A stretch of 22,827 bases of DNA, taken from an uncultured Rhodopirellula sp. (GTDB lineage: Bacteria; Planctomycetota; Planctomycetia; Pirellulales; Pirellulaceae). This document shows, piece after piece, positions 6,999-17,611 of this stretch (within the stretch, counting starts at the first letter, position 1; every line of letters starts with the position of its first letter). Under the pieces are notes generated by a model. It was given only the letters and a program-made list of their open reading frames with translations. It did not search any database and had not been told where the DNA came from. The position numbers and the translations under genes are program-made. The DNA is taken from assembly GCA_964007735.1 (NCBI GenBank), contig CAXGAI010000003.1:124001-146827 (forward strand), in the 5' to 3' direction.

Positions 6999-9900
6999 CT
7001 ACTGATCAAATTCCTGATCGACTTCATCCGCCCAGGAATCATCTTCTTCACATTCTTCCCAAAGCTCTTCTTCCTCTTCGGCCCCGGCAACCGCCACCGC
7101 TGCTTTCTTTCGAGCTTTGGCTAACGAAATAGTAGGCTCTTCCTCTTCATACTCTTCCTCTTCATACTCTTCCTCTTCATACTCTTCGTCTTCATAGACA
7201 TATTCGACGTCGTCATCGTCTTCTGCCTCTTCGTATTCGTCCTCTTCCGCTACTTCACCGTCTTCGACCTCATACACTTCTTCCTCTTCATATTCGATAT
7301 CGTCTTCCAATTCATCTTCATCCAGTGCCTCTTCTTCCAATCCTGCATCATCAACCTCGACCAATTCCTCCACCGACAAAAGGCTCTCATCTTCAAACTC
7401 GTCAGCATCAAGCGTTTCGTTGCAGGCCCTATCCTGTTGTATACCTGCTGTTCCAGAAGCACCACTTCCGCTGTGTTTGATCAACTCCCATTCCTCCATG
7501 GTCATCAAAATTTCCCGAGCACTTGAACCGTTGTGTTGGCCGACGATTCCGTCTTCCGCCATATAGTCAATCATTCGTGCTGCCCGACCGTACCCAATTC
7601 CTAATGCACGTTGCAACAAAGAGCAACTACCCCGCCCTTCACGCAACACGACTTCAATCGCACCTTCATAGAGGTCATCCCGCCTTCGAATTGCCTCGGC
7701 ATCGATCTCACCTTCCTGTTCAATCTTCAGATTCACAAGTTCGTGTTCAAACTTCTGTTCCACCAAAGTGCATTGCTCAACTACACGCTCGATTTCATTA
7801 TCGGATAGGAAGGTGCCCTGCCCACGTACTAAAGTACTTGTGCCAGGCCACAGGAATAACATATCTCCGTTGCCCAGCAGTTTCTCTGCGCCCATTTCAT
7901 CCAGAACAACACGACTATCTGTTCGACTTGCAACCTGGAATGCCAAACGAGCCGGCAAGTTAGATTTAATCAGGCCGGTAATAACGTCAACGGTAGGCTT
8001 CTGAGTTGCGAGAACCAAATGAATCCCGACGGCACGACTTTTCTGAGCCAGTCGGATAATATGTTGTTCAACATCCTTACCTGCAGTCATCATCAGGTCA
8101 GCTAATTCATCTGCGACGATGACGATATAAGGCATATGCGTCGGCACTTCATCCATTTTCGCAATCTTCGTACCCAATCGCTCACGAATCTGCTCTTCCC
8201 CAAGCTCATTAAAACTAGAAATATGCCTCACACCCGTCTGAGCTAAGAGATGATAACGCTCTTCCATTTTCTCAACAGCCCAGGCAAGAATTGCCTCAGC
8301 CTTTTTCATATCCGTAACAACCGGGTGCATGAGATGTGGTAACTTACCGTACACGGACAATTCCACCATCTTTGGATCAACCATTAGTAACCGCACCTCG
8401 TCCGGACGACGTGCCATCAGAATCGACGATACGATTGTATGCAGACAAACCGACTTCCCTGATCCCGTACGTCCTGCAATCAACAAGTGAGGCATTTTAC
8501 AGAGGTCGACAGCAATGGAATTACCGGAAACGTCTTTTCCGAGATAAATCGGTATCGCCATTTTACCCGCTTTATCGTTTGAATCTTCAATCACCTCCCG
8601 CATGCGTACGAGTTGCTGTTCGCCATTAGGCACTTCGATCCCTACCGAATTTTTCCCCGGGATCGGAGCTACTATCCGAACACTTGGAACGCGTAAGGCA
8701 ATCGCAATATCGTCGCTTAGACTGGTGATCTTACTCAGCCGCAAACCAGCTTCCAATTCGATTTCATACTGTGCAATCACAGGCCCCGTTTCAATATCAA
8801 CTACTTTGACGTTGAAACCGAATTCCTTAAATGTCTTTTCTAAAATACGGGCGTTCTGCCGTACTTCGCTCTCCTGGGACTCAAAGTCGATCATTGCTCG
8901 TCGTTCGAGCAATTGGTTGCTGGGGACTTCATATCCAGCAAATTGGTCTGCAATTGTCGATGCCGATTCCAAAGATTCCATTAACTGCTCACGTTCAGTC
9001 TTCTCTTCATCCAACGGTGGCGCGGATTTGCCGATAACTTTGGCAGGAGTCGCCGATAGGATCGGCGTTTCAGCCCGGCTAAGGTCCTGTTCTGCCAGAC
9101 CAGTTTTCTTTTTCATCTGAAAATGGGGGCGAGGCAATTTTCGACGTTTGCGTTTCTTTTTAGAAACCGGTTCCACTTGTTCAACGACTTGTTCCTCCTC
9201 ATCTTCGAATTCACGCACGATGCGGGAAGAAACACGGCGACCACTGATCCTGATTTCGGGCTCAACCTGATCCTCCTGTTGGTTGTCGTCAAAGCCACTC
9301 ACACTGAGCACCTCAAGTTCGTCATCCTCGACATTCATCACGTCCAAAACACGAACGGCTTTACGTTCTGCTCGTCGCTCACGGCGAGCCAAAAGAAACC
9401 TAAATGTGGCAAACAAAGTAGCGCGTATGACTTGGAAGGTAAGTTTGAGTGTACGTGCCACCCAACTAACGACCATATAATCGGTCGCTAACATCAAACC
9501 ACCAAATATCAGACTTAGGGCAAAAATCAAACCACCGGTTGTTGCAAACGACCCCTGCAAGAACGTACTGAAAGATGCTCCCAACATCCCTCCGCTGCCC
9601 ATCACGGGCCCCGGTGTGAAGGCGGGAATTGTTAGAGATAGGCACGTACAAACCCCACACAAGGAAATTATCCAGCCGGCTAACCTGATCGCCGGAGCAT
9701 CAAAGCTCTTACGACGCAGCATGGCAATATCAACAATAACAAGGCAACCCACGACGTAAAACGCGCCGAAACCTAATAAGCCAAACACAATGTCAGCAGC
9801 TAATGCCCCCAGTTTTCCGCAGGCATTTTGTATATACGTACTTTCAGGGTACTCAATCAAATCAGCCTGATAGAGGTGATTAAATGGAGGAATTAAGTCT

Positions 9901-10016
9901 CCAATAGGATCATTCGGATGATAAGTCAGCAGTGCGGTCGCCAAAAATACACTTCCAGCACATAGAGTTAACGCTAACAGATCTCTTTTTATATCTCGTT
10001 CCAACATGGACACCAC
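6999..10016 (-). CDS. ftsK: DNA translocase FtsK with N-terminal transmembrane domain, motor and gamma domains, and a long acidic C-terminal tail
   Basis: N-terminal hydrophobic helices with NACGKLGA. PHLLIAGRTGSGKS (Walker A), VDPKMVEL, IVIVADELADLM (Walker B), RAVGIHLVLATQKP, GAEKLLGNGDML and gamma domain SLLQRALGIGYGRAAR. The start may be ATG 10007 instead of GTG 10016. Confidence 0.96.
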   Translation of the reverse strand: MVSMLERDIKRDLLALTLCAGSVFLATALLTYHPNDPIGDLIPPFNHLYQADLIEYPESTYIQNACGKLGALAADIVFGLLGFGAFYVVGCLVIVDIAMLRRKSFDAPAIRLAGWIISLCGVCTCLSLTIPAFTPGPVMGSGGMLGASFSTFLQGSFATTGGLIFALSLIFGGLMLATDYMVVSWVARTLKLTFQVIRATLFATFRFLLARRERRAERKAVRVLDVMNVEDDELEVLSVSGFDDNQQEDQVEPEIRISGRRVSSRIVREFEDEEEQVVEQVEPVSKKKRKRRKLPRPHFQMKKKTGLAEQDLSRAETPILSATPAKVIGKSAPPLDEEKTEREQLMESLESASTIADQFAGYEVPSNQLLERRAMIDFESQESEVRQNARILEKTFKEFGFNVKVVDIETGPVIAQYEIELEAGLRLSKITSLSDDIAIALRVPSVRIVAPIPGKNSVGIEVPNGEQQLVRMREVIEDSNDKAGKMAIPIYLGKDVSGNSIAVDLCKMPHLLIAGRTGSGKSVCLHTIVSSILMARRPDEVRLLMVDPKMVELSVYGKLPHLMHPVVTDMKKAEAILAWAVEKMEERYHLLAQTGVRHISSFNELGEEQIRERLGTKIAKMDEVPTHMPYIVIVADELADLMMTAGKDVEQHIIRLAQKSRAVGIHLVLATQKPTVDVITGLIKSNLPARLAFQVASRTDSRVVLDEMGAEKLLGNGDMLFLWPGTSTLVRGQGTFLSDNEIERVVEQCTLVEQKFEHELVNLKIEQEGEIDAEAIRRRDDLYEGAIEVVLREGRGSCSLLQRALGIGYGRAARMIDYMAEDGIVGQHNGSSAREILMTMEEWELIKHSGSGASGTAGIQQDRACNETLDADEFEDESLLSVEELVEVDDAGLEEEALDEDELEDDIEYEEEEVYEVEDGEVAEEDEYEEAEDDDDVEYVYEDEEYEEEEYEEEEYEEEEPTISLAKARKKAAVAVAGAEEEEELWEECEEDDSWADEVDQEFDQ
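7137..7196 (-). repeat. 15-bp tandem repeat x4 in the ftsK tail, encoding YE(D/E)EE
   Basis: Plus-strand ctcttcctcttcata at 7137, 7152 and 7167 (perfect copies) and ctcttcgtcttcata at 7182 (1 mismatch). Confidence 0.95.
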
Positions 10017-10295
10017 GAAAAAAGGGGGTGGTAATGGGTGTCAGCTTCCATGCCTGAGAATGTTCACCAAGTTAGTCCATTTGTAGGTGAACATGTTGAG
10101 TTATCTATAGGTATAGGAATACCTAAGTCTTACCTTCGACCAAGTCCGTGGCAAATGACAAGAAAAAACTTTGGGGATATCTTTATCGTTTTTTTTGATA
10201 CAACCAGCGTGGTTCATCCGGTGAGTACAGCAGTCCTAACGATTATAAGGATAGAAACTGATAACACCGAGACGGGAATAACGGCCGCAGTCAGC

Positions 10296-11168
10296 TTAGT
10301 CTATAAAAAAGTTTTTAGTCGGTTTGAAGATCACCGTACCCTCGACTCTTTTCAAAACAGATAACAATTGCTGATCTGGTGAAACCCCAAGCGTCAAATC
10401 CCCCGGCACATTCTCCAACTCAATGGGACGGCCATGATACAACTCGCGTTGCTGCGGTTCTTCCAAAACCGTCTCATGAAATCCCGAAAGGATCTCCAGC
10501 GGATTACGCAACAACGATTCAACAGCTCCTGCTGAATCGAATTCGGGAGCCACTGCCTGCCCTATCTTAAATGCACCAATGGACGTTCGTTGCAAGTCTG
10601 TCATCACGGCACCGGTATGTAATGCTTCACCGATGTCCCGGCCTAAAGATCGAATATATGTGCCGCTGCTACATTTAATTTCGATTGTCAGAACAGGGTA
10701 TTCGTAAGCTACCACTTCAATCTGCAACACATGAATTTCACGTGTTTGAAGCTCTACTTTCTCACCATTTCGGGCCAAATCATATGCTCGTTTCCCATTG
10801 ACCTTTAATGCTGAAAATGCCGGAGGCATTTGCTGCTGAACACCCAAAAATGAAGCGACAACTGCCTTGACAGTTTCCATGTTTGGAACGGCAAGGACGT
10901 TACGGCCAATGACCTCTCCTTCAATGTCTTCCGTATTGCTTACTTTACCCAATTCGAAGGTACCCACGTAAGTTTTACTAACCGAGTGAATATATTCGGT
11001 GAGTCTAGTAGCTCGTCCAACCAGCAGCACGAGAACACCTGTAGCAAGGGGGTCCAACGTACCGGCATGTCCTACCTTTACGGGCCGAATCATACGTTGC
11101 ACTACATTCACGACATCTCGAGATGTCATTCCCTTGGGTTTGTCGACATTGAGAATTCCAAACACCAT
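10296..11168 (-). CDS. truB: tRNA pseudouridine(55) synthase
   Basis: Motifs: GILNVDKPKGMTSRDVV, KVGHAGTLDPLATGVL (catalytic Asp), PPAFSALKVNGKRAYDLAR, CSSGTYIRSLGRDIG. Confidence 0.97.
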   Translation of the reverse strand: MVFGILNVDKPKGMTSRDVVNVVQRMIRPVKVGHAGTLDPLATGVLVLLVGRATRLTEYIHSVSKTYVGTFELGKVSNTEDIEGEVIGRNVLAVPNMETVKAVVASFLGVQQQMPPAFSALKVNGKRAYDLARNGEKVELQTREIHVLQIEVVAYEYPVLTIEIKCSSGTYIRSLGRDIGEALHTGAVMTDLQRTSIGAFKIGQAVAPEFDSAGAVESLLRNPLEILSGFHETVLEEPQQRELYHGRPIELENVPGDLTLGVSPDQQLLSVLKRVEGTVIFKPTKNFFID

Positions 11169-11413
11169 GCATCCTTTGAAGCAGTAATTACGCCCTAATC
11201 AGTAAGATTTAGCTATTCTTCGAATTGCATCGGAATAGATACTAATCGCGAACCAATAAATTCCCGTGGATAAGGCCAATTTACGCTAGTAAAAAGCCTG
11301 CCTGAAGCAAAACTGCAATCCATAATATAGTGGTATACCGCTGGTCATGACTGTCTTTTAATAATAGAAAGTCCGGCCGCACAATTGAGACGACTAAGAA
11401 AAGTTCAACGGAT

Positions 11414-12418
11414 ATGAATGCTGAACCCTCATTTCCCACACTCCGAATGCGACGCCTGCGTTATAACGCTGGTGTGCGAAGCCTGACTCGGCGTACCCGT
11501 TTACACCCTGGTTCACTTATCCTGCCTCTGTTTGTGCGTGTAGGGGAAAATATCCGTCAGGAAATCGGCTCAATGCCCGGGCAGTACCAACTGTCGATCG
11601 ATCAACTCATTGAAGAAGCAAAAGAAGCCCGGGATCTGGGGTTGGGTGGTGTGATCCTGTTTGGGATTCCTGATGAGAAAGATCATCAGGGAAGCGATGC
11701 CTTACACGCAGGCGGCATCGTTCAACAAGCTGTAGCTGCGGTTAAGAATGCGGTCCCCAACCTGTTAGTTCTTACCGACTTGTGTATGTGTGAATACACC
11801 GATCATGGCCACTGTGGTATCCTCCACGACCAGGCCGGGCTTACCGACGTTTCTAATGACCCTACATTGGAATATCTCGGCAAGCAGGCCGTGACTCATG
11901 CCGAGCAAGGCGCCGACGTCATTGCCCCCAGTGGTATGATGGACGGTATGGTACAGGCGATCCGCAGTGCTTTAGACGGTGCCGGATTCGCTCATATTCC
12001 TATCATGAGTTACGCAGCTAAGTACGCTAGCAGTTATTACGGACCCTTTCGTGATGCTGCTGAGAGTGCACCAAGCTTCGGAGACCGCCGAACCTACCAA
12101 ATGGACCCTACGGCTCAGGCAGAGCAAGCTCTACGAGAAGTGGAGCTAGACGTTCAGGAGGGGGCAGACATGCTGATGGTTAAACCGGCGCTTGCCTATC
12201 TGGATATCATTACTCGAGTTGCCCAGACTTATCCCGGGATACCACTGGCTGCGTACAACGTCTCCGGCGAGTATAGTATGGTAAAAGCAGCTGCTGCCAA
12301 TGGATGGATTGACGAGGCACGCGTCGTTGATGAAACAATGACCGCAATCCACCGTGCAGGAGCAGGTATTATCCTTACCTACTGGGCCAAGGATGTTGCT
12401 CGTCGGGTTTGCTCTTAG
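11414..12418 (+). CDS. hemB: Porphobilinogen synthase (delta-aminolevulinate dehydratase), Cys-rich Zn-binding type
   Basis: Motifs: [63 protein letters not shown]. Confidence 0.98.
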   Translation: MNAEPSFPTLRMRRLRYNAGVRSLTRRTRLHPGSLILPLFVRVGENIRQEIGSMPGQYQLSIDQLIEEAKEARDLGLGGVILFGIPDEKDHQGSDALHAGGIVQQAVAAVKNAVPNLLVLTDLCMCEYTDHGHCGILHDQAGLTDVSNDPTLEYLGKQAVTHAEQGADVIAPSGMMDGMVQAIRSALDGAGFAHIPIMSYAAKYASSYYGPFRDAAESAPSFGDRRTYQMDPTAQAEQALREVELDVQEGADMLMVKPALAYLDIITRVAQTYPGIPLAAYNVSGEYSMVKAAAANGWIDEARVVDETMTAIHRAGAGIILTYWAKDVARRVCS

Positions 12419-12471
12419 TTCTCCCTACTTCCTTCTTGATATATCTCTACCATTGCATGGCGATCCTGAAA

Positions 12472-13755
12472 ATGTCCCACCAAAAAAGCCAACAGATCTT
12501 CGAAGCCGCTCAATCCCTTATGCCTGGTGGGGTAAACAGCCCTGCCCGAGCTTTTGGTTCGGTTGGCGGAACACCTCTCGTGATCGATCGAGGCGAAGGT
12601 GCCTATATCTACGACGTCGATGGAAATCGGTTAATCGATTACATTCAATCATGGGGCCCCATGATTCTCGGACACAAACACCCTTCCGTTGTTGCATCCG
12701 TCGAAGCTGCGTTAACCAAAGGGTTTAGTTTTGGTGCTCCAACAGAAGGTGAAAACGAACTCGCTGAACTGATCATTGCAGCAGTCAAGTCCGTTGAAAA
12801 AGTTCGTTTGGTCAACTCAGGCACTGAAGCCACAATGAGTGCTATCCGTTTAGCTCGTGGTTTTACCGGTCGCGATGTGATTGTGAAGTTCGCCGGAAAC
12901 TACCACGGTCACGTGGATAGTCTGCTTGTTGCTGCCGGCAGTAGTGCGGCAACTCTGGCAGTACCCAATTCACCAGGTGTTACAGCGGGCACCAGCCAGG
13001 ACACCTTGATTCTGACCTATAACGACAGTGAAGGGGTACGGCAAGCATTCGAACAGCACGGCAGCCGAATTGCCGGTGTCATCTTTGAGCCAGTCGTTGG
13101 CAACATGGGTTGCGTAATCCCAGATCGTGAATTTCTGCAGACGCTTCGGGACTGTACAACTGCCAGCGGAGCCGTATTGATCTTTGATGAAGTAATGACT
13201 GGATTCCGAGTTGCTTACGGTGGTGCACAACAGCTCTGGGAAATTACTCCGGACCTTACAACACTTGGAAAAATCGTCGGCGGGGGGATGCCTATCGGCG
13301 CTTATGGTGGCCGAGCTGACATTATGGATCATGTTCTGCCTGCGGGTAAAGTATTTCAGGCGGGCACACTCAGTGGCAATCCGATCGCCTGTGCGGCAGG
13401 AAGTGCAACCTTACGTGAATTGCGTGACAATTCACCATACGAATATCTGGAGACACTTGGGGATAAACTAACAAGCGGCCTTCAGCAGGCTGCCTCAGCT
13501 GCAGGACAAAATTGCTGCATTCAGCGTGTTGGGAGCATGATGACTCTATTCTTCAACCCCGGGCCCGTCCGATGCTGGGAAGATGCTGCTGAAAGCGATA
13601 CCGAGAAATTTGGTCGCTATTTCTGGGGTCTGATCAACAACGGTATCTACATGCCTTGCAGCCAGTATGAAGCCCTCTTTATTTCAGCCGCTCACACCGA
13701 GGAAGACATTCAGGCAACAATTGATGCCGCTCGATCCACCCTTGCCAGCCTGTAA
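12472..13755 (+). CDS. hemL: Glutamate-1-semialdehyde 2,1-aminomutase
   Basis: Motifs: MPGGVNSPARAF, SWGPMILGH, NSGTEATMSAIRLAR, YHGH, FDEVMTGFR, TLGKIVGGG (PLP Lys), QAGTLSGNP. The start is probably ATG 12472 (or 12457); the ORF-track start at 12409 overlaps hemB. Confidence 0.97.
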   Translation: MSHQKSQQIFEAAQSLMPGGVNSPARAFGSVGGTPLVIDRGEGAYIYDVDGNRLIDYIQSWGPMILGHKHPSVVASVEAALTKGFSFGAPTEGENELAELIIAAVKSVEKVRLVNSGTEATMSAIRLARGFTGRDVIVKFAGNYHGHVDSLLVAAGSSAATLAVPNSPGVTAGTSQDTLILTYNDSEGVRQAFEQHGSRIAGVIFEPVVGNMGCVIPDREFLQTLRDCTTASGAVLIFDEVMTGFRVAYGGAQQLWEITPDLTTLGKIVGGGMPIGAYGGRADIMDHVLPAGKVFQAGTLSGNPIACAAGSATLRELRDNSPYEYLETLGDKLTSGLQQAASAAGQNCCIQRVGSMMTLFFNPGPVRCWEDAAESDTEKFGRYFWGLINNGIYMPCSQYEALFISAAHTEEDIQATIDAARSTLASL

Positions 13756-13765
13756 TGTAACCGGA

Positions 13766-14521
13766 CTATTTCCCGTCGTGCAGGCGGTCACCTAGAAAGT
13801 TATCCAATTCCTCAATCGCATAGATTTGATTGGCTGTTTCCGCAATCGGGTAAGCGATACGTCTAAACTCTACGGTACGTGCCTCGTCATCCAGAATGAC
13901 GTAACAGCTTCGGGAATCTCCGTCGCGTGGTTGCCCAACGCTGCCGACGTTAATCATGACCTTACGATCGTCCAGATGATAGACATTTTCAAGTTGCATA
14001 AGCGTCAAGAACTCAAACTCCTCTGTAAACACGCCGGGCACATGCGTATGGCCCTGAAAGCAATATTTAGGAATCAGTGAGAACACTTTCTCAATTTTAC
14101 GGCGATTATAAACATCTTCCGGGAAAATATATTCGTTAATTGGATTACGAGCACTTCCATGTACGAACAAGAATTCGTCCACGTGATGAGTGCGTGGTAG
14201 TTCTGCCAGAAATCGCCAACGCCGCTTAGCATCCTCCGAGTCTTCAGCATCAAACTCAAGTTGTTTACGAGTCCAAAAGATTGCTCGCTCTGCCGTAGTC
14301 GAAAATCCTTCTGGATCAAACAAAGCTGCCTGATCATGATTTCCCAGAATACACAGCTGAAAATTGGAAACTTCGTCAATACATTCCCGAGGACTGGGCC
14401 CATAACCGATGACATCTCCCAAACAGAAGATCTCATCGATCTGTTGTTCCTGGATATCCTGCAGAACTTTTTGCAGAGCAATCAGGTTGCCATGAATGTC
14501 ACTTACCAGCGCCCGTCTCAA
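13766..14521 (-). CDS. Calcineurin-like metallophosphoesterase, paralog 2
   Basis: Motifs: [40 protein letters not shown] start. Confidence 0.92.
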   Translation of the reverse strand: MRRALVSDIHGNLIALQKVLQDIQEQQIDEIFCLGDVIGYGPSPRECIDEVSNFQLCILGNHDQAALFDPEGFSTTAERAIFWTRKQLEFDAEDSEDAKRRWRFLAELPRTHHVDEFLFVHGSARNPINEYIFPEDVYNRRKIEKVFSLIPKYCFQGHTHVPGVFTEEFEFLTLMQLENVYHLDDRKVMINVGSVGQPRDGDSRSCYVILDDEARTVEFRRIAYPIAETANQIYAIEELDNFLGDRLHDGK

Positions 14522-14565
14522 ATGGTCACCTATCCGCCGTTGTCAATTTCCAGAGCGATTCCTCT

Positions 14566-15324
14566 TTAGCGACCAGCTCGCAGGCGGTCACCAAGAGAAT
14601 TGTGTAATTCATCAATACTATAGATTTTACGAGCAGTTTCATCGTACGGATAGTTCAAGCGTCGAAATTGAACCCGCTTTGATTCCGAATCAAAAATTGC
14701 GTAGCTACTACGATTATCCTCATCACGCGGTTGGCCAACACTACCCACATTGATAAGGGCCTTCTGAGGTCCTAACTGATATTCAAAGTCACACTCATCC
14801 GGAGCGATAAAATCAAAATCATGAGTAAAGACTCCGGGAATATGCGTATGTCCCTGAAAACAATACATCGTCACTCGTTCAAAGATCAATTCGAGTTTTG
14901 GTCTTTTATAAACATCTTCCGGAAAAACATATTCGTTGGTGGGTTCCCGAGCACTTCCATGCACGAACATCACTTCACCTTCTACATGCGACCGTGGTAA
15001 TTCGCCCAAAAAATCCCATCGACGATTGATTTGCGAAGGATTGCCCGAAGATTTCTCCAACTCGTCTCGAGTCCAGTACACCGCCTGCAAGGCAACAGGA
15101 TTAAACCCATCGGGATCAAACAATGTTGCTTCATCATGATTACCAAGAATCGTGACGTCACAACGACGTATGACTGCATCCAAGCATTCACGAGGATTCG
15201 GTCCATATCCCACGATATCCCCTAGACAAATAATCCTCGTGATACCCTGCTCTTGAATATCGGCTAAGACTACCTGCAGAGCTTCATAATTACCGTGGAT
15301 ATCACTGATTAGTGCGTACTTCAC
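14566..15324 (-). CDS. Calcineurin-like metallophosphoesterase, paralog 1
   Basis: Motifs: [40 protein letters not shown] start. Confidence 0.92.
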   Translation of the reverse strand: MKYALISDIHGNYEALQVVLADIQEQGITRIICLGDIVGYGPNPRECLDAVIRRCDVTILGNHDEATLFDPDGFNPVALQAVYWTRDELEKSSGNPSQINRRWDFLGELPRSHVEGEVMFVHGSAREPTNEYVFPEDVYKRPKLELIFERVTMYCFQGHTHIPGVFTHDFDFIAPDECDFEYQLGPQKALINVGSVGQPRDEDNRSSYAIFDSESKRVQFRRLNYPYDETARKIYSIDELHNSLGDRLRAGR

Positions 15325-15487
15325 AGACTGAACCTAAAACAAATAAAATCTACTTCGAATGTTCTATTGTGTGTCAAACTCTCAATCATATCTACCACAG
15401 ATATAGAAAGTCCTTATGATTATATGGGTTCGTTTGTCGAACCAACCAATGTCATCAACAAACTTTCCTAATCCACGAGTTCGTGCC

Positions 15488-16180
15488 TTGAGAATTTTAG
15501 CGATCGAAACCACGGAGCGTCAGGGATCCATTGCGCTTAGTGAGTCTGGCTCCCTGCAATATCATCATCCATTACCTGCAGATGAGCGCTCAGCCGCCAC
15601 TCTGGCACCGGAGATAAAAACGCTTTGTGCTGCCCATAAATGGCACCTTGGAAATATCGATCGATTCGCAGTGACCACAGGCCCCGGTTCCTTTACCGGA
15701 CTACGAGTCGGTATCGTGACCACAAAGACACTCGGCTACGCACTAGGCAAAGACGTCGTTAGCATTAACACGCTTGATGCTATCGCCATCCAGTCAAATC
15801 ATACTGGCGAGTTGGAAGTTGTCATGGATGCTCAGCGAAACGAAGTATTCTCTAGACGGTATCTACTAGAGGAGGGGAAGCCGCCTACCCCCCTGACGGA
15901 TGTCCTCATCATTGACGATCAGATTTGGGCAGAACAATTACCCGCAGGAATCAAAGTCACCGGGCCGGTACTCAAGAAGCTTAGGGAGACACTTCCTATC
16001 CACGTCGATGTCGAAAATGAAGCCAACTGGGCTCCCAGAGCAGAAAGTGTTGCTCTTCTTGCCGCCACTGCCGAGCCAATTTCGTCTCCTCTGGAATTGA
16101 TGCCAAATTATTTCCGCAAAAGTGCAGCCGAAGAAAAGTACGCTCAAAACAAAAGTGAAGCAGAAAACCGTTCCGGCTAA
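15488..16180 (+). CDS. tsaB: tRNA t6A37 biosynthesis protein TsaB (YeaZ)
   Basis: Motifs: RILAIETT, GPGSFTGLRVG, DAQRNEVF, LELMPNYFR. Family homology begins at TTG 15488; upstream ATGs at 15449 and 15416 are alternative starts. Confidence 0.92.
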   Translation: MRILAIETTERQGSIALSESGSLQYHHPLPADERSAATLAPEIKTLCAAHKWHLGNIDRFAVTTGPGSFTGLRVGIVTTKTLGYALGKDVVSINTLDAIAIQSNHTGELEVVMDAQRNEVFSRRYLLEEGKPPTPLTDVLIIDDQIWAEQLPAGIKVTGPVLKKLRETLPIHVDVENEANWAPRAESVALLAATAEPISSPLELMPNYFRKSAAEEKYAQNKSEAENRSG

Positions 16181-16196
16181 CACACAGCTGAAATAT

Positions 16197-17582
16197 CTAT
16201 TTGCCAATACAAAACGTACTGAAGATTCGATCCAGAATATCGTCGGTATAAACCGTACCCACGACCAAGCCAAGTTGATTTAAGGCCGTTCGCAATTCTG
16301 CCGCAACCAGCTCTTCAACCCATTTTTGATCACACAAGCCTAACGCTCTCTGCACACTTTGTCTGGCGGTTTCCAAACTGTCAAAACAGCGGGCAGCCGT
16401 CTGCTGTACCACGGGCCCTTCCGTGGCCTGCTGACTAAGCAGACTTGCCAAATGCTCTTTTAGCGTCAGCACTCCGTCTAAGGTATAAGAAGTCGCCACG
16501 TGAGCAGCCGTATGAAACTTAAATTCTGGAATATCCTTCTTTGTACAAACTACGACTCGTGTCCCCACAGGAGTTTGCTGTAGCTGCTCAATTTCCCAGG
16601 CATCCAACTCCCGACTACCGTCAATACATAAAATTTCGACGTTCGCTGTTTCCGACTGTCGACTAGTCATTCCCTGAGCTTCTGATTCGATTTCCGAGAG
16701 CTGGTCACCACTTAACTCAATGCCTGCGGTGTCAATCAGCGTGCAGTCAATTCCATCAATACTCCAATAGCGAGTTACATAATCGCGTGTTGTTCCAGCA
16801 ACCTCAGAAACAAGGGCTGCCTTTTCTCCCACCAAGGCGTTAAGCAAGCTGCTTTTACCTACATTCGGTAATCCACGTAAAAGAATCCGAACATGGTTGG
16901 ATTGTACAAGGCGGCTATTTAGTTGCCCGAGGATTTCTTCCAGCTGTTTAGCAACCGCAGCGACCTGAGTACGAAGTTGGTCCTGTGAAATAAATTCGAT
17001 ATCCTCCTCCACAAAATCCAGCCCTGCTTCCAAATGAGCCAACAACTCAAGCATCTTGTCACGCAAGGCTTGTAAATTTTTATTAAGGCCTCCCGCCAAT
17101 TGACTCAAGGCAACGGACAATTCCTGCCGGTCAACGGCATCAATCACCCCCAAGACCGCTTCAGCCTGCGTCAGATCCAGCCTACCAGCCAGAAATGCCC
17201 TCATCGTGAATTCCCCCGGTTCGGCAATACGGATCTGCTCACCACCTTCCTGGCATGCAAAATTCAAAGCCGCCTGCAACAGCGGTGCGGCGCCTGGCAG
17301 ATGGATCTCAACCGAAGGCTGACGGGTATAACTGCGATGATCCGGCCAACAATAAAACTGAGCTTTACAAGCAGGGAACTCACCTATGCGGAGAGTCCCG
17401 GCGATCACTGTCGGCTGCTGGAGCTCTTGCAGATCAACGGGTTCATTAAGCATAGACTCGAGGCACACTATGGCCTCTGGACCACTGATCCGAACAATAC
17501 CCCGTTGAGCCTGCCCCGCAGCAGATGCAATTGCACAGATGGTGTCATCGGTATTAAACAAACCAGCGCCCCTATACGTCAC
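16197..17582 (-). CDS. mnmE: tRNA modification GTPase MnmE (TrmE)
   Basis: Motifs: DTICAIAS, IVRISG, AEPGEFTMRAFLAGRLDLTQAEAV, GLPNVGKSSLLN (G1), GTTRD (G2), DTAG (G3), TKKD (G4) and C-terminal FCIGK. Confidence 0.97.
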   Translation of the reverse strand: MTYRGAGLFNTDDTICAIASAAGQAQRGIVRISGPEAIVCLESMLNEPVDLQELQQPTVIAGTLRIGEFPACKAQFYCWPDHRSYTRQPSVEIHLPGAAPLLQAALNFACQEGGEQIRIAEPGEFTMRAFLAGRLDLTQAEAVLGVIDAVDRQELSVALSQLAGGLNKNLQALRDKMLELLAHLEAGLDFVEEDIEFISQDQLRTQVAAVAKQLEEILGQLNSRLVQSNHVRILLRGLPNVGKSSLLNALVGEKAALVSEVAGTTRDYVTRYWSIDGIDCTLIDTAGIELSGDQLSEIESEAQGMTSRQSETANVEILCIDGSRELDAWEIEQLQQTPVGTRVVVCTKKDIPEFKFHTAAHVATSYTLDGVLTLKEHLASLLSQQATEGPVVQQTAARCFDSLETARQSVQRALGLCDQKWVEELVAAELRTALNQLGLVVGTVYTDDILDRIFSTFCIGK

Positions 17583-17611
17583 GATGGCCGCAGCAGCCTA
17601 GCGTGACTTCT

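Noticed and set aside
7137..7196. Direct repeats considered as a possible CRISPR array
   Set aside because: They are contiguous 15-bp coding repeats without spacers, and no cas genes are present.
10038..10364. 108-aa plus-strand ORF in the ftsK-truB gap
   Set aside because: It overlaps the truB 3' end, has no recognisable motif, and the region more plausibly holds the ftsK promoter.
11169..11413. Divergent truB/hemB promoters (-10-like TATAGT at 11326-11331)
   Set aside because: No convincing -35 element at the proper spacing, so positions cannot be assigned reliably.
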